A DNA stretch of 64,000 nt from an uncultured Cytophagales bacterium (GTDB lineage: Bacteria > Bacteroidota > Bacteroidia > Cytophagales > Spirosomataceae). The notes below the pieces were generated by a model. The model searched no databases. It was not told the origin of the DNA and was given only the letters and a program-made list of their open reading frames with translations. Position 1 is the stretch's first letter; every line of letters begins with the position of its first letter. A program made the position numbers and the translations under genes. Shown one piece after another: positions 1 to 11,100 of this stretch. The stretch spans positions 7,464-71,463 of the forward strand of contig CAZLTN010000010.1 of assembly GCA_964562455.1 (NCBI GenBank), given 5' to 3'.

Positions 1-35
1 TGTAACGGAGCTCATCGCACTTACGAAAAGGAAGT

Positions 36-1127
36 TCAATTGATCCCGAAAACTCTGTTCAGCATCGTAATATATTGTACGATGCCTTCTTCAATCTCCC
101 TGACATAGATAAATTCATCGGCGGTATGTGATCTTTGTGAATGCCCCGGCCCCATTTTCAGCGAAGGGCAGCTAAGTAAAGCCTGATCTGAAGTTGTGGG
201 AGACCCGTAGGCCGTCCGTCCGAGTGCCAGGCCGGCCTGTACGATCGGATGGTCCATTGGTATACTGGAGGGTTTCAGCCTGACCGACCTGGGGCTTATT
301 TCCGATTTCAGGTTCTTCGCCAGTTCTTCGATAACTTCCTCAAGGGTATATTGATCGGTAACCCGGATATCGAGGGTGAAAGTACAGGTATCGGGCACCA
401 CGTTATGCTGTGTTCCCCCATTGATGATGGTAGCCGACATTTTTACCGGTCCCAAAGTAGGTGAAATCTTAGGAAAACGGTATTCCCTGATCCACCTGAT
501 ATCGTCAAGCGCTTTGTAGACAGCATTTTCCCCTTCTTCCCTGGCGGCATGCCCCGATTTACCATGCGCGATGCAGTCCAGCACAAGCAACCCCTTCTCA
601 GCTACTGCCAGGTGCATTTCGGTAGGTTCGCCCACTATTGCGAAGGCTATTTCCGGAAGCTCGGGCACCACGATCTCGATCCCCTCCTTACCCGAAATCT
701 CCTCTTCGGCCGAAGCGATCATGACCAGGTTGTAGCTCAGGTCGTCCCTGTCGAAAAACCAGGCAAAGGTAACCAGAAGGGAAACCAGGCACCCGCCGGC
801 ATCGTTGCTTCCAAGGCCAAAGAGTTTTCCGTCTTTAACGACCGGTTCAAAGGGCTTCATTGTCCACGAGCTGTTCGGCTTTACCGTATCATGGTGAGAG
901 TTCAGCAGGACAGTCGGCTTATCAGCGTCGAAATACCGGTTAAATGCCCATATATTGTTTTTCTTCCTGCTGAAAGGAATTCCTTTACTTTCAAAAAATG
1001 ACTCGATAAGGCGGGCTGTTCCTTCTTCCTCCCTGCTGAACGACTGTACCGATATCAGTTTTTTCAGAAGCCCGATAGCATCTTCCGTCAGCTTTCCGGC
1101 AGGAATGGTTGTTTTATCTGAACGCAT
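36..1127 (-). CDS. M20 family metallohydrolase (ArgE/DapE-like deacylase)
   Basis: Motifs SHHDTV, GSNDAGG, SAEEE, GEPT, HTADE. Start moved from TTG 1163 to ATG 1127 (MRSDK). Confidence 0.85.
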   Translation of the reverse strand: MRSDKTTIPAGKLTEDAIGLLKKLISVQSFSREEEGTARLIESFFESKGIPFSRKKNNIWAFNRYFDADKPTVLLNSHHDTVKPNSSWTMKPFEPVVKDGKLFGLGSNDAGGCLVSLLVTFAWFFDRDDLSYNLVMIASAEEEISGKEGIEIVVPELPEIAFAIVGEPTEMHLAVAEKGLLVLDCIAHGKSGHAAREEGENAVYKALDDIRWIREYRFPKISPTLGPVKMSATIINGGTQHNVVPDTCTFTLDIRVTDQYTLEEVIEELAKNLKSEISPRSVRLKPSSIPMDHPIVQAGLALGRTAYGSPTTSDQALLSCPSLKMGPGHSQRSHTADEFIYVREIEEGIVQYITMLNRVFGIN

Positions 1128-1546
1128 AAAATTTAATCTGAATCCTAATGCCTCTACAGGCAAATCCTCGCAATATGAGAGTGTAAAGTTAGAGGAAACC
1201 GTCGATTTAGCTATCCTACTATCTGAAGAGGAACCGGCTATAGAAAAAAAAACTAAACCTGATAGTACTATTTAACCTAACCCTTGTAATTACTGTACTT
1301 AAAAACGGCAGTCCCCCCCACCGTGTAAGATTTTTCCGAAAAAGGATTTACAACGTTAAACATTTAAAATATCCTGAAAAGGTTCACGAATTTAACCAAT
1401 ATATAAATGTCTATGTAACAACTATCTATCAACAAAAAACGGCCTATTGGCTTTTGGCAGCGTCTCGTTTGCATTCTGTTAGCAAAACAAAATGATCACC
1501 TTAAAATTATTACAGTTCAGTTTTTTATCAACCCAATTTTGAATCG

Positions 1547-4500
1547 ATGAAAATCTCTATGTCTACCACGGGGAAGAAAACCCTCTTCCTCCTTTGTGTG
1601 TGGCTTTCGTGGGCTGGCAGCGCCTATCCCTCCTACGGAAGCAGTCCCGGGAGCACTCCGGGAAAGAATTCGACTGCCAATTTCGGGTCGAAGGAAAGAA
1701 CTTCTGCGATGAAACCGGCGGCTGAGCGCACGGTTACGGGAAAGGTTTCTGCTTCTGACGGAAGCGCTCTTCCCGGTGTGAATATCCTTTTGAAAGGAAC
1801 GACGTCGGGAACAACTACGGACGCAGGCGGAAATTATTCCATAAGAGTGGGAGATTCAGCCGGCCAGGTGCTTATTTTCTCATTTATAGGATACGCTTCA
1901 CAGGAAGTGAACGTAGGAAGCAGTTCGATACTGAATGTAACCCTTGAAGAAAGCCAGGAAACTCTGAATGAGGTCGTTGTAACTTCTCTTGGTTTGAAAA
2001 GGGAAAAGCGGTCTCTGGGGTATAACATGTCTACCGTCAACTCCGACGAGTTACGGGCAGCGGGTGTTTCAAACCCCTTGAAAGCGATGGAAGGTAAGGT
2101 TACCGGTGTACAGATCAACAGCCTGACTTCGTCGCCGACCTCTTCCGTTTTATTCAACATCCGTGGCGCTTCTTCGCTTGCGGGGATTATGAAAGGGAAC
2201 AGTGGTAACATCAACAACAGCACCCAACCCCTGATCGTCCTCAACGGCGTGCCTCTGATGTCCAATACCGCCGCCACCTCAAACAGGGATCAAAATAACC
2301 CTGTCGGAATCGACGTAGGTAACTTTATGGCCTCGCTCAATCCTGAAGATATCGAAAGTATCTCAGTGTTGAAAGGAGCCAGCGCCGCTGCACTATACGG
2401 TTCTCAGGCTGGTAACGGGGTAATCCTTGTTACGACAAAATCGGGTGCGAACGCCAAAAAAGGAATCGGAATTTCTTTTAATACCGCGCTTTCTTTTGAC
2501 AAAGGGTTCAGCTCTCCTCCCGTTCAGAGGACTTTCTTCCAGGGTGGTGAAGAAGGCGAGCCTTTGACTGCCGATAAAAAAGGATTGGGCTGGCACATAG
2601 ATGACAAAAAGAATAATACTGTTCCGCTGTGGAGATGGAATATCGGAACACAGGCATGGGAGCAATCCATAATGGAAGCCCGGGGAGATAAAGACCCTTT
2701 GCAGGCATTCCTGCGGACCGGCGTTATGACCGACAACAACATTGCGGTAACCGGAAATTATGACAAAGGCAATTACCGTCTCAATTTCGGTAACCTGATC
2801 CACAATGCAGTCGTTCCGGGTAACAAGACTAACCGTACCAGTGTTTCGTTCGATTCCCAGTACAAGATAACCAAGGATGTTTCTGTTTCTTCCCAGGCGT
2901 CTTACTCGCGTACTTTCGTTCCGAACCAGTCAAACGTTTATGGTAAACGTGAAGACAACCCGCTGGCGCATGCCATGTCTATGCCGATCAACATGCCTAA
3001 AATGTCTGATTGGAAAAGCGCCAATACCTGGTTGACGGACTGGACAGGTACCTACCAGAATACTCCTTACTTGTCTAATCCCGGAGAAGCACGTCTCAGC
3101 CGCGTTAACGCCGCCGGCTTTGACAACGCAATCGGTAAAAACGGACCCTATTTCGCCGCTCAGAACATTATCAGGACCTATGCGAAAGATATCTTTTTCG
3201 GAAAGGCGCAACTGGACTGGAAACTGGCTACTCCCCTGCTTTTCACCCTTCGCTCCGGTTTGAGCCATGAAAGCTTCGCATTTGAGCGTAAAACCCCCTG
3301 GGGATCTGAAAGAGCGCAAAAAGGAGGTTATGAGCAAATACAATCAAGCAATATTAACGTAAGAACCGATGCGTTGCTCGCCTATAATAACTACTTCCTT
3401 TCCGACAAGCTTTCTGTTGACGCAGTAGGTGGTTTTTCTTACAACTTCAGTGAGGCAAACAGCTCCAGTTTCGGAGGCAACGAACTGACCACACCCAATT
3501 CCTTCGGCTACGGGGCATTGACTCCGGCAGTAAGGCAGTCGGCCTCATTCAGCCGTGGCTATTCTTCAAGAAACTATGGCGCCTATGCAACGGCTACCTT
3601 CGGCTGGCAAAACATGCTTTATCTTGAATTGTCAGGCCGTAACGACTGGGTGGGTATTCTGAACCACGAAAAGGATAACCATTTCTATCCGGGAGCGTCT
3701 CTCAGCTGGATTGCATCTGAAACTATTAATATGGGATCTGCCATCAACTTCTTAAAACTGAGAGGAGGTTACGCCGAAACAGGTTATGGCATTGGTACTC
3801 CGGTCAATCTCAACGCTTACGGCATTTCAAGCGCTACCTGGGGTGGTGTAACAATGGGTACAGTAGGAGGTGACCTGGTGGACGCCAACATCAACCCTGA
3901 ATTGAACGTAACCAAAGAAGTAGGTTTGGATTTCAGAGCGTTTAACAACCGCATCTCCGGTGAATTCACCGCGTATTCCAAAAACCACATCAACCAGATC
4001 CAGAACCTGCCGGTGGTAGGCTCTTCGGGATTCAGCTCTGTACTGACCAACATGGGATCGGTAAAATCTACCGGTATTGAAGCTTCTCTTACCGTAACTC
4101 CGGTTCGTACAAAAGACTGGGAGGTAAACGTAACCGGAAACATAACCACGTTCAAATCGATTATCGATGACCTGGATCCGCGTTTCGCAGAGAAATTCTA
4201 TAGCTACCGCGGCTCAGCGATGTTGTCTTTGTTCAAAGGCTCAAGAGTAGGAGACCTTTATGCGGAATCTCCGATCGGGTACATCCAGACCGGGAAATAC
4301 AAAGGGATGATGCTGACCGGTGTTGACGGTATTATCGAGGAATCGGTACGGACCACCGACTACATCAGGAAGAACGGGTACCTGGGCAACATGAACCCGA
4401 AAGCAATATATGGTTTCAATATCGATACCAAGTATAAAAACTTCCGTTTCAACGTAGTGTCCAGCCTCAGAGTCGGCGGCGTATTTATCTCTGAAACCCA

Positions 4501-5140
4501 GAAAATCATGATCGACGACGGTATGGCCGACCTCAAGCAGATTTATGGAGATAAGTACAATGAATACTGGACAGGCGGTCGTTTTGCAGGCGGGCTCTCA
4601 AGCATGCCTAACCCGGACGATATGTTTAAAGGAGAAGGTTTCGAGGACTACAGGGAAAAAATGCAGAACATTATGGGCCTGTATAACGGAGACCCGAGAT
4701 ATTTCGGATACTGGAATGCAGTATATGTTAACCCGAACGTTGATCTGTCAACGCTTACACCGGAACAAAAACTCAGCCTGTCCGATGATCAGTATATCAG
4801 GAACGGGGACGATCCTACCAAGACAATTTACCTGAACCCTTATGGAATGGAAGGTAATGAGCTTTGGTCCGGCGCTCAATTCAGGACTCACGACGCGACT
4901 TCTTTCAAAATCAAAGAAATCAACCTTACCTATTCGCTCGACAGGGCAATTGCTCAAAAAATCCGCTGCCAGGATATTTCTGTCACTGCATTTGCCAAAA
5001 ACGTAATGTTCTGGGCGAAAAACAGGATGAATGAAGACCCTGAAACTGCTTTCTACGATGGTCTTACCGGTATGGGTGTCTCTCAATTCGGTCTCCCTCC
5101 GATTCGTACAATGGGTGTGAAACTTGGGTTTACCTTCTAA
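1547..5140 (+). CDS. susC: SusC/RagA family TonB-dependent outer-membrane transporter
   Basis: Signal peptide; carboxypeptidase-regulatory-like N-terminal domain (LPGVNILLKGT); plug motif DIESISVLKGASAAALYGSQAGNGVILVTTK; C-terminal Phe. Confidence 0.95.
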   Translation: MKISMSTTGKKTLFLLCVWLSWAGSAYPSYGSSPGSTPGKNSTANFGSKERTSAMKPAAERTVTGKVSASDGSALPGVNILLKGTTSGTTTDAGGNYSIRVGDSAGQVLIFSFIGYASQEVNVGSSSILNVTLEESQETLNEVVVTSLGLKREKRSLGYNMSTVNSDELRAAGVSNPLKAMEGKVTGVQINSLTSSPTSSVLFNIRGASSLAGIMKGNSGNINNSTQPLIVLNGVPLMSNTAATSNRDQNNPVGIDVGNFMASLNPEDIESISVLKGASAAALYGSQAGNGVILVTTKSGANAKKGIGISFNTALSFDKGFSSPPVQRTFFQGGEEGEPLTADKKGLGWHIDDKKNNTVPLWRWNIGTQAWEQSIMEARGDKDPLQAFLRTGVMTDNNIAVTGNYDKGNYRLNFGNLIHNAVVPGNKTNRTSVSFDSQYKITKDVSVSSQASYSRTFVPNQSNVYGKREDNPLAHAMSMPINMPKMSDWKSANTWLTDWTGTYQNTPYLSNPGEARLSRVNAAGFDNAIGKNGPYFAAQNIIRTYAKDIFFGKAQLDWKLATPLLFTLRSGLSHESFAFERKTPWGSERAQKGGYEQIQSSNINVRTDALLAYNNYFLSDKLSVDAVGGFSYNFSEANSSSFGGNELTTPNSFGYGALTPAVRQSASFSRGYSSRNYGAYATATFGWQNMLYLELSGRNDWVGILNHEKDNHFYPGASLSWIASETINMGSAINFLKLRGGYAETGYGIGTPVNLNAYGISSATWGGVTMGTVGGDLVDANINPELNVTKEVGLDFRAFNNRISGEFTAYSKNHINQIQNLPVVGSSGFSSVLTNMGSVKSTGIEASLTVTPVRTKDWEVNVTGNITTFKSIIDDLDPRFAEKFYSYRGSAMLSLFKGSRVGDLYAESPIGYIQTGKYKGMMLTGVDGIIEESVRTTDYIRKNGYLGNMNPKAIYGFNIDTKYKNFRFNVVSSLRVGGVFISETQKIMIDDGMADLKQIYGDKYNEYWTGGRFAGGLSSMPNPDDMFKGEGFEDYREKMQNIMGLYNGDPRYFGYWNAVYVNPNVDLSTLTPEQKLSLSDDQYIRNGDDPTKTIYLNPYGMEGNELWSGAQFRTHDATSFKIKEINLTYSLDRAIAQKIRCQDISVTAFAKNVMFWAKNRMNEDPETAFYDGLTGMGVSQFGLPPIRTMGVKLGFTF

Positions 5141-5174
5141 TCGAAAGTAACGGCAATTTTAAAACGTTAAGATA

Positions 5175-6902
5175 ATGACCAAGAAATCAATAAAATATCT
5201 TGCTTTAGGCGCACTGTTCGTTTCGGGAATGGCCTGTGACGACCAGTTGCGGATAGACGAAAGGCAGACTTCCTTTGACGTCAACTACTTTACCTATTCA
5301 CGTTACCAGCTGACAAGCGGTATCGTAAACGTGGCAAAGAGCTATGGTTCGGCGGTTACGGATGCTCCGAAAGGACAGGCTGCTCTTTACTTCATGGATT
5401 GCTACAGCAGTGACCAGATAGCCGGTTTCTATACGAAAACCGACCAGAACTGGGATTTCCAGGGAGCCAATGCTTATACTAACCAGTTGAGAACACTGGC
5501 TGCGATCAATACGCTCGCTACCAACGAAGACAACATGGCGAACGTAGCGGCATCCGACATCCTGAAATGCGTGATAGGAGCTTACCTCACCGAGAAATAC
5601 GGAGACGTTCCTTTTACTGAGGCGGTACAGGGAAGGACAGGAAACCTGTTCCCTAAATTTGATTCTCAGAAGGAAGTTTACGCAGCCATGTTCACCATGC
5701 TGGACAATGCGGTTTCTATCCTGTCAAATCCTTCCAGCAAAGGATTGCCGGCTGATCACGATGTATTGTTCAAAGGCGACAAAACTAAATGGCTGAAGTT
5801 TGCCAACTCGCTGAAGTTCCGCCTGATGGTTCACTCCTACGAAGCATTCAAAAAAGCCGGACGGGATCTGAGTGGTGAAATGCAGGCAATCGCAAGCGGT
5901 AACAATTACATGTCGGCCGTAGCTGACAACGCCGCCCTGGATTTTTCAGGATCTGAGGAGAACCAGGCATGGTACCTGCAAAGAAACTGGGGAACCGGCA
6001 ACAACTTCACAGAGCAGAAACCCACCAAATACCTGATCGATCAGATGGTCGCACTGGACGACCCCAGGATGTATGTGATCTTTGCACCGGTTTTGTCGCC
6101 GGTATCGAACAAAGCGACGCAGGTGACGGAAGATGTAAAAATCAACGGGTATACTTATCCCATCACGTATTATCCGAAGTCGCTCTACCAGGCATCTGAA
6201 CTGGAAGCAGCCGGACGTGATCTCACTGGTAAAATCACCTCGGTTCCTTACGAGATCGACGCTAAGTGGTTTGGGACGCCTAACCCGCTGAACGTACACC
6301 TCCAGTATGCCGGCTCGGGCCTGGCTGGAAGCAACAGCTTCTATGACAACCGTCGTATCACCGGGTTTTCAAAGCTGATTGCCGAAACAAAAGGCCCTGC
6401 TTTGAAAGCGGTATTAATGGAGGCTAGTGAAATGGCATTCCTGCTCGCGGAAGCCCGTCAGAAAGGATGGATTTCTGCAGGAACTGTAAAAGGCTACTAT
6501 GACAATGGCATTAAATTGTCGTTCCAAAGGTGGCAGATACAGGACGGAACCAAGCCTGCAACTCACATCGGTTCCGATAAAATTGTCGATAACTTCGCTG
6601 CTTATTGCGATAAAGCAGGTGTGGCACTCGACGGGACAGCCGCCGATCTTGACAAGATTGCACTTCAGAAATGGCTTTCTCTGCTGGTTACCAACCAGAC
6701 AGAAGCTTATACTGATGTCAGAAGGACAGGAAAACCTGCTTTCGTTGGCGCTATAGCTCCTACTTTCTCGTCGTATGCCTATCCGCAGCGTTACGTCTAC
6801 CCGTTAGACGAACGCAGCAACAACAAAGAGCAATATGACGCCGCTGTATCCGCATTGGGAGGTAAAGATCTGCCTTCTTCCAAAATGTGGATACTTCAAT
6901 AA
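5175..6902 (+). CDS. susD: SusD/RagB family surface lipoprotein
   Basis: Lipobox (GMAC); YGDVPFTEA, PKFDSQKEVY, KWLKFANSLKFR, EAYTDVRRTGKP; directly follows susC. Confidence 0.93.
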   Translation: MTKKSIKYLALGALFVSGMACDDQLRIDERQTSFDVNYFTYSRYQLTSGIVNVAKSYGSAVTDAPKGQAALYFMDCYSSDQIAGFYTKTDQNWDFQGANAYTNQLRTLAAINTLATNEDNMANVAASDILKCVIGAYLTEKYGDVPFTEAVQGRTGNLFPKFDSQKEVYAAMFTMLDNAVSILSNPSSKGLPADHDVLFKGDKTKWLKFANSLKFRLMVHSYEAFKKAGRDLSGEMQAIASGNNYMSAVADNAALDFSGSEENQAWYLQRNWGTGNNFTEQKPTKYLIDQMVALDDPRMYVIFAPVLSPVSNKATQVTEDVKINGYTYPITYYPKSLYQASELEAAGRDLTGKITSVPYEIDAKWFGTPNPLNVHLQYAGSGLAGSNSFYDNRRITGFSKLIAETKGPALKAVLMEASEMAFLLAEARQKGWISAGTVKGYYDNGIKLSFQRWQIQDGTKPATHIGSDKIVDNFAAYCDKAGVALDGTAADLDKIALQKWLSLLVTNQTEAYTDVRRTGKPAFVGAIAPTFSSYAYPQRYVYPLDERSNNKEQYDAAVSALGGKDLPSSKMWILQ

Positions 6903-6946
6903 GAATAAAGATTTAGTTAAGTAAGTTTGTATCGTTAATTTGAAGA

Positions 6947-6981
6947 CAGCGAGTTGGAGATTCCGGCTCGCTGCTTTTTTT
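6947..6981 (+). terminator. Rho-independent terminator after susCD
   Basis: CAGCGAGTTGGA-GAT-TCCGGCTCGCTG, a 12-bp stem with two G-U pairs, followed by CTTTTTTT. Confidence 0.8.
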
Positions 6982-6992
6982 GCCTGAATTCT

Positions 6993-7439
6993 ATGTGTAT
7001 GATGGTCACAAGAACAGCAGCTCTTTTATCCTGCCTGATCTTCTTCTCGTGCAGCAGTGAGACCCGGGAAAACCGGAACATTTACCATTTTACAGCATGC
7101 TCTTTTGTCTCAACCGCGATAGTCTTCCAGGTTCCGGGAGATCAGTCACAAAAACAGCGGGAAACCAGCATTATGTTACGCGGCGAAATGTGGAATAACT
7201 CCCGCCTGCTGTTAAGAAAAGATGAGCGGGACTATCTGTCACTGCCACTGAAAAAAGGCAACATCGATACTACTTTCAACATCCCGAACGAGGGCGAAGC
7301 ATTCTCTTTTTATTTTCTTACGGACAGTCCCGGCTCTTTGGAATTAGCAGGGAACATACCTCTTGTAGAATCATTATTCGATATAAAAGAAACAGGTTCT
7401 GACCGAATAGGAAGTTTAGAATTGATCCTCAGACGTTAA
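6993..7439 (+). CDS. Hypothetical lipoprotein
   Basis: Lipobox-like LIFFSC. The ORF-track TTG start lies inside the terminator, so an ATG at 6993-7002 is preferred. Confidence 0.65.
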   Translation: MCMMVTRTAALLSCLIFFSCSSETRENRNIYHFTACSFVSTAIVFQVPGDQSQKQRETSIMLRGEMWNNSRLLLRKDERDYLSLPLKKGNIDTTFNIPNEGEAFSFYFLTDSPGSLELAGNIPLVESLFDIKETGSDRIGSLELILRR

Positions 7440-7451
7440 CTCAAATTCCTG

Positions 7452-7946
7452 ATGAAGAAGGTCACAAAAATTTTACGCACCATACCTATACTGATTGGTA
7501 TAATATTCGGAGCCTTATTAATCTCAATCCTGGGGATAAGTGCTTTTTATGTAACCCGTATTGTGAGGGACGGTAAAAAGAACACCTATACTTTTCATGT
7601 GGATAGCGAGGATCGCCTGGTTAAGGGAATCTATATTCCTTCAAGGCATCGGAATTTCACGAACAGGATCGCAATTACTCTTAACGGAGAAACCTTCCAG
7701 GAATGCCAGCTAATACTAACTACTTCGGGACGTAATTCGACTGTTCGGGAAGGATACAGCACGCCGCGCAGAATATGGATTCCAAAAGGACAAATAAATA
7801 TTAATTCTAACCTGTTGTTCGATTCATATAATGATGAAAATATAAGCGTAGTCATAAGACCGATCAGAAATGAACAGGAAGCAATCGGAGATTTGCAGAT
7901 ATCTGTAGCCTATCCCACAAGCCTTGTACATTTATTATTTCCATAA
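7452..7946 (+). CDS. Hypothetical protein with N-terminal membrane anchor
   Basis: Basic N-terminus then one long hydrophobic helix; 12 bp after the previous gene, which it weakly resembles. Confidence 0.7.
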   Translation: MKKVTKILRTIPILIGIIFGALLISILGISAFYVTRIVRDGKKNTYTFHVDSEDRLVKGIYIPSRHRNFTNRIAITLNGETFQECQLILTTSGRNSTVREGYSTPRRIWIPKGQININSNLLFDSYNDENISVVIRPIRNEQEAIGDLQISVAYPTSLVHLLFP

Positions 7947-7999
7947 ACGCCGGCTATACCGCCTTCACACCGACCGCCTTTATTTAATACCTGCCTGCT

Positions 8000-8048
8000 A
8001 ACCTGTAATTACAGGTTTCCATATAGTCAAAATACAGGTTTTCCTGGA
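8000..8048. promoter_or_regulatory. Candidate operator(s) upstream of the T9SS cargo gene
   Basis: Perfect palindrome AACCTGTAATTACAGGTT at 8000-8017 and imperfect TACAGGTTTTCCTGGA at 8033-8048. Confidence 0.4.
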
Positions 8049-8101
8049 TTGTCTCCCCTCCGTTGACAGGTTAATTTTATCGTGATAAACCATAGCCAAT
8101 C

Positions 8102-11100
8102 ATGATAAAGATTCTACCTTTTGCCGCGATTATTCTTTTCCTGTGTGCCTTCGACAGTACCAATGGGACACCTCCGGCAGGATCCTCCCCCTCTCTTAAA
8201 ACGAATCGGGAGCTCTTCAAAAAAAAGCTTCTTTTTATAGAAAATAAAGGACAACTGACGGACGCGGATGCAGGCCACACCGCTAATTCAGTCTTGTTTT
8301 ATGCCGGTGACGCCGACGCGAAGGTATATGTCACCAAAACCGGTCTTCACTACCAGTTCTTAAAAGCAACCCTGCCTGGTAGCGGGCCGCAGGCTGAAAG
8401 TATGCCCCGTATACAGGCACATCGCTATTCGGTAAACCTCAAAAATGCCAATCCAAACCCTGTTGTCAGGAAAGAAGCGGAGACTATATACACCGAGAGG
8501 CATCTCCGGCCGGGCGTTGAAGGTGACCTTATCGCCGGAAGCTACCGAAAAATCATCCTGGAAAACGTTTACCCCGGTATTGACTGGGTGCTCTATACTG
8601 ACCGGCAGGACGAAGACAGTGAAAGCTTTAAATATGATTTTATAGTAAAGCCGGGTGCCGACCCTTCACTTATACAGCTTGAAGTAGAGGATGCCGACGA
8701 CACCTATATTGACGAAATCGGTGCAATGGTAATGAAAACAAAGTTGGGTGAAGTGAAGGAGCTGCCCCCGGTAAGCTACTGCGATCACCTGACCGTACCT
8801 ACGCAATTCAAGGAAATCAGAAAAAACCTGTACGGTTTCAGGATAGAACCATACGATACAAGCAAGACGCTGGTCATTGACCCGGAAATAAAATGGTTGA
8901 CCTACTACACAGGCATAGGACTTACAAATGATATTGCTGATAATCCTGCCGGAAGCGCAACCGACGCAGAAGGAAACATATACATGATGGGCACTACCCT
9001 CAGCGCTACAGGTATTGCACACAATGGCTACCAGAACAATTTAAACGGTCAGGCAAATGCATTCATAGTCAAATTCAACAGCAACGGGGAGCGTCTCTGG
9101 AGTACCTATTTCGGAGGCTCCGTTTATGAATTCGGCCACTCGTGCGTGGTAGATCCCGCCGGGAATCTCTATTTTACCGGTAAAGCGCATAGTAACGATC
9201 TCCCTGCCACACCGGGGGCGCATCAAAGCGCCCTGTCCGATCACGGTGCATTACCCGTAGCAGAGGCTTATGATGTCTTTTTAGGAAAGATGAACGGATC
9301 CGGGGCATTGCTCTGGGCTACCTATTTCGGCGGAAACCACTCAGACAAAGTGTATGGCTGCGCAACCGATGCAGGCGGAAACGTCTATATCTGCGGTGAA
9401 ACCCGAAGCAATGACCTCCCTACCGACGCGACAAGCTTCCAAAAAAACTACAGCGGAAGCGAGGACCAGTTTCAATATGATGCTTTCCTGGCCAAATTCA
9501 GCTCGACCGGGGTATTCCAGTGGACAACCTACTACGGAGGCGCTTACCTGTTTGAACATGGGCACGCCTGCGCTACCGATACCGAAGGTAACGTCGTGAT
9601 GGCCGGAAGAAGCTCCGGCGGGATCGGCACGACTCCGGAGGTCTTTCAAACTACCAACGGGGGCGGTGGAGGCGACGCCTTCCTGGCAAAATTCAGTACC
9701 AACGGAGAACGGATCTGGGCAACTTACCTGGGAGGAAGCGATTCTGATGAGGCCACAGCATGCACAACAGATCCCGATGGCAATATATACGTGGCAGGCA
9801 ATACGGAAAGCGCAAATTTCCCCGTTTTACTACCATTTCAGAACACTTATGGCGGCGGCGATTTCTTTGGCGATGCGTTCCTCGCCAAATTCGATAAAAC
9901 CGGCACCCTGCTCTGGAGCACCTACTATGGGGGAGACGACGACGAGGACGTGACTTCCTGCACCGTCGACATGACCGGCAATGTCTACATAGCAGGAAGG
10001 ACCAGGAGCCTCAACGGAATAGCATTTAATGGCTTTCTGGATGATAGAGGCCCCTATCAGAGAGGATTCGTAGTAAAATTCAACCCGGGAGGACGCGGTA
10101 TATGGGGATCCTACATAGGCGGGGATTTTGCGGAAGTAGTCAAAAATGTCGCAACAGACCACAACAACAATCTCTACGTGATCGGCGCGACGGTCAGTAG
10201 CGACCTGGCGACGCCCGGCGCATTTAAAACCGAAAATACCTACGGTACAGAAGCCTATTTTATCGCCAAAATATTTGACGACACCAGTCTCCCCACGCCT
10301 GTCGTGTATGTAAATAAAAAGGCTACCGGCGCCAACAACGGCACTTCCTGGGCCAACGCCTACACCAGCCTGCAGGATGCCCTTGCTTCCGTATGTTCCG
10401 GAGGAAACACCATCAACGAGCAAACCCAGATATGGGTGGCGACAGATACTTACTACCCTGACGCGGGTATAGGCCTGACCCCGGGAGACCGTGACCTTAG
10501 CTTTGAATTATGTAACAAATCGGCGGTTTACGGCGGTTTCAACGGTACCGAAAGTCACTTGTGGGAACGGAATGTGGATGCAAATCCTACGATACTGAGC
10601 GGCGATATCGACAAAAACGGCACCATGGACAATAACAACAGCTTTGGTGTAGTATCCACCCGGTCCAATACGGTGACAGGTATCTTAGACGGCTTTACCA
10701 TTACGCTGGGAAATGCCAATAAAGTAAACTGTTCTCCCTCTTCGAAGGGTTGTAACGGAGGCGGGCTGTTCATTCCATATGGAAGCAGTCCTGCGATACG
10801 GAACTCCCGCTTTATTAATAATAGTACAAGAGATGACGGAGGCGGGATATTCAGCGACGGAGGCAACCTTCCCTTAAAAATTTCCAACTGTGTTTTTCAG
10901 CAGAACTCGTCAGAGGACGGAGGTGGCGGGCTATCTATCTCCGGAGGCAGAACCATCATCATCAATAGCCTTTTCGCAGGAAATTCTACTTTGAGCTCAT
11001 TCGGAGGAGGAGGGGGAATACATGGTTCCGGCGTATCCTATCTGAAGATTCTCAACACCACGATTGCCGGAAATGTTGTCGGAACATCCGACAACGGATC

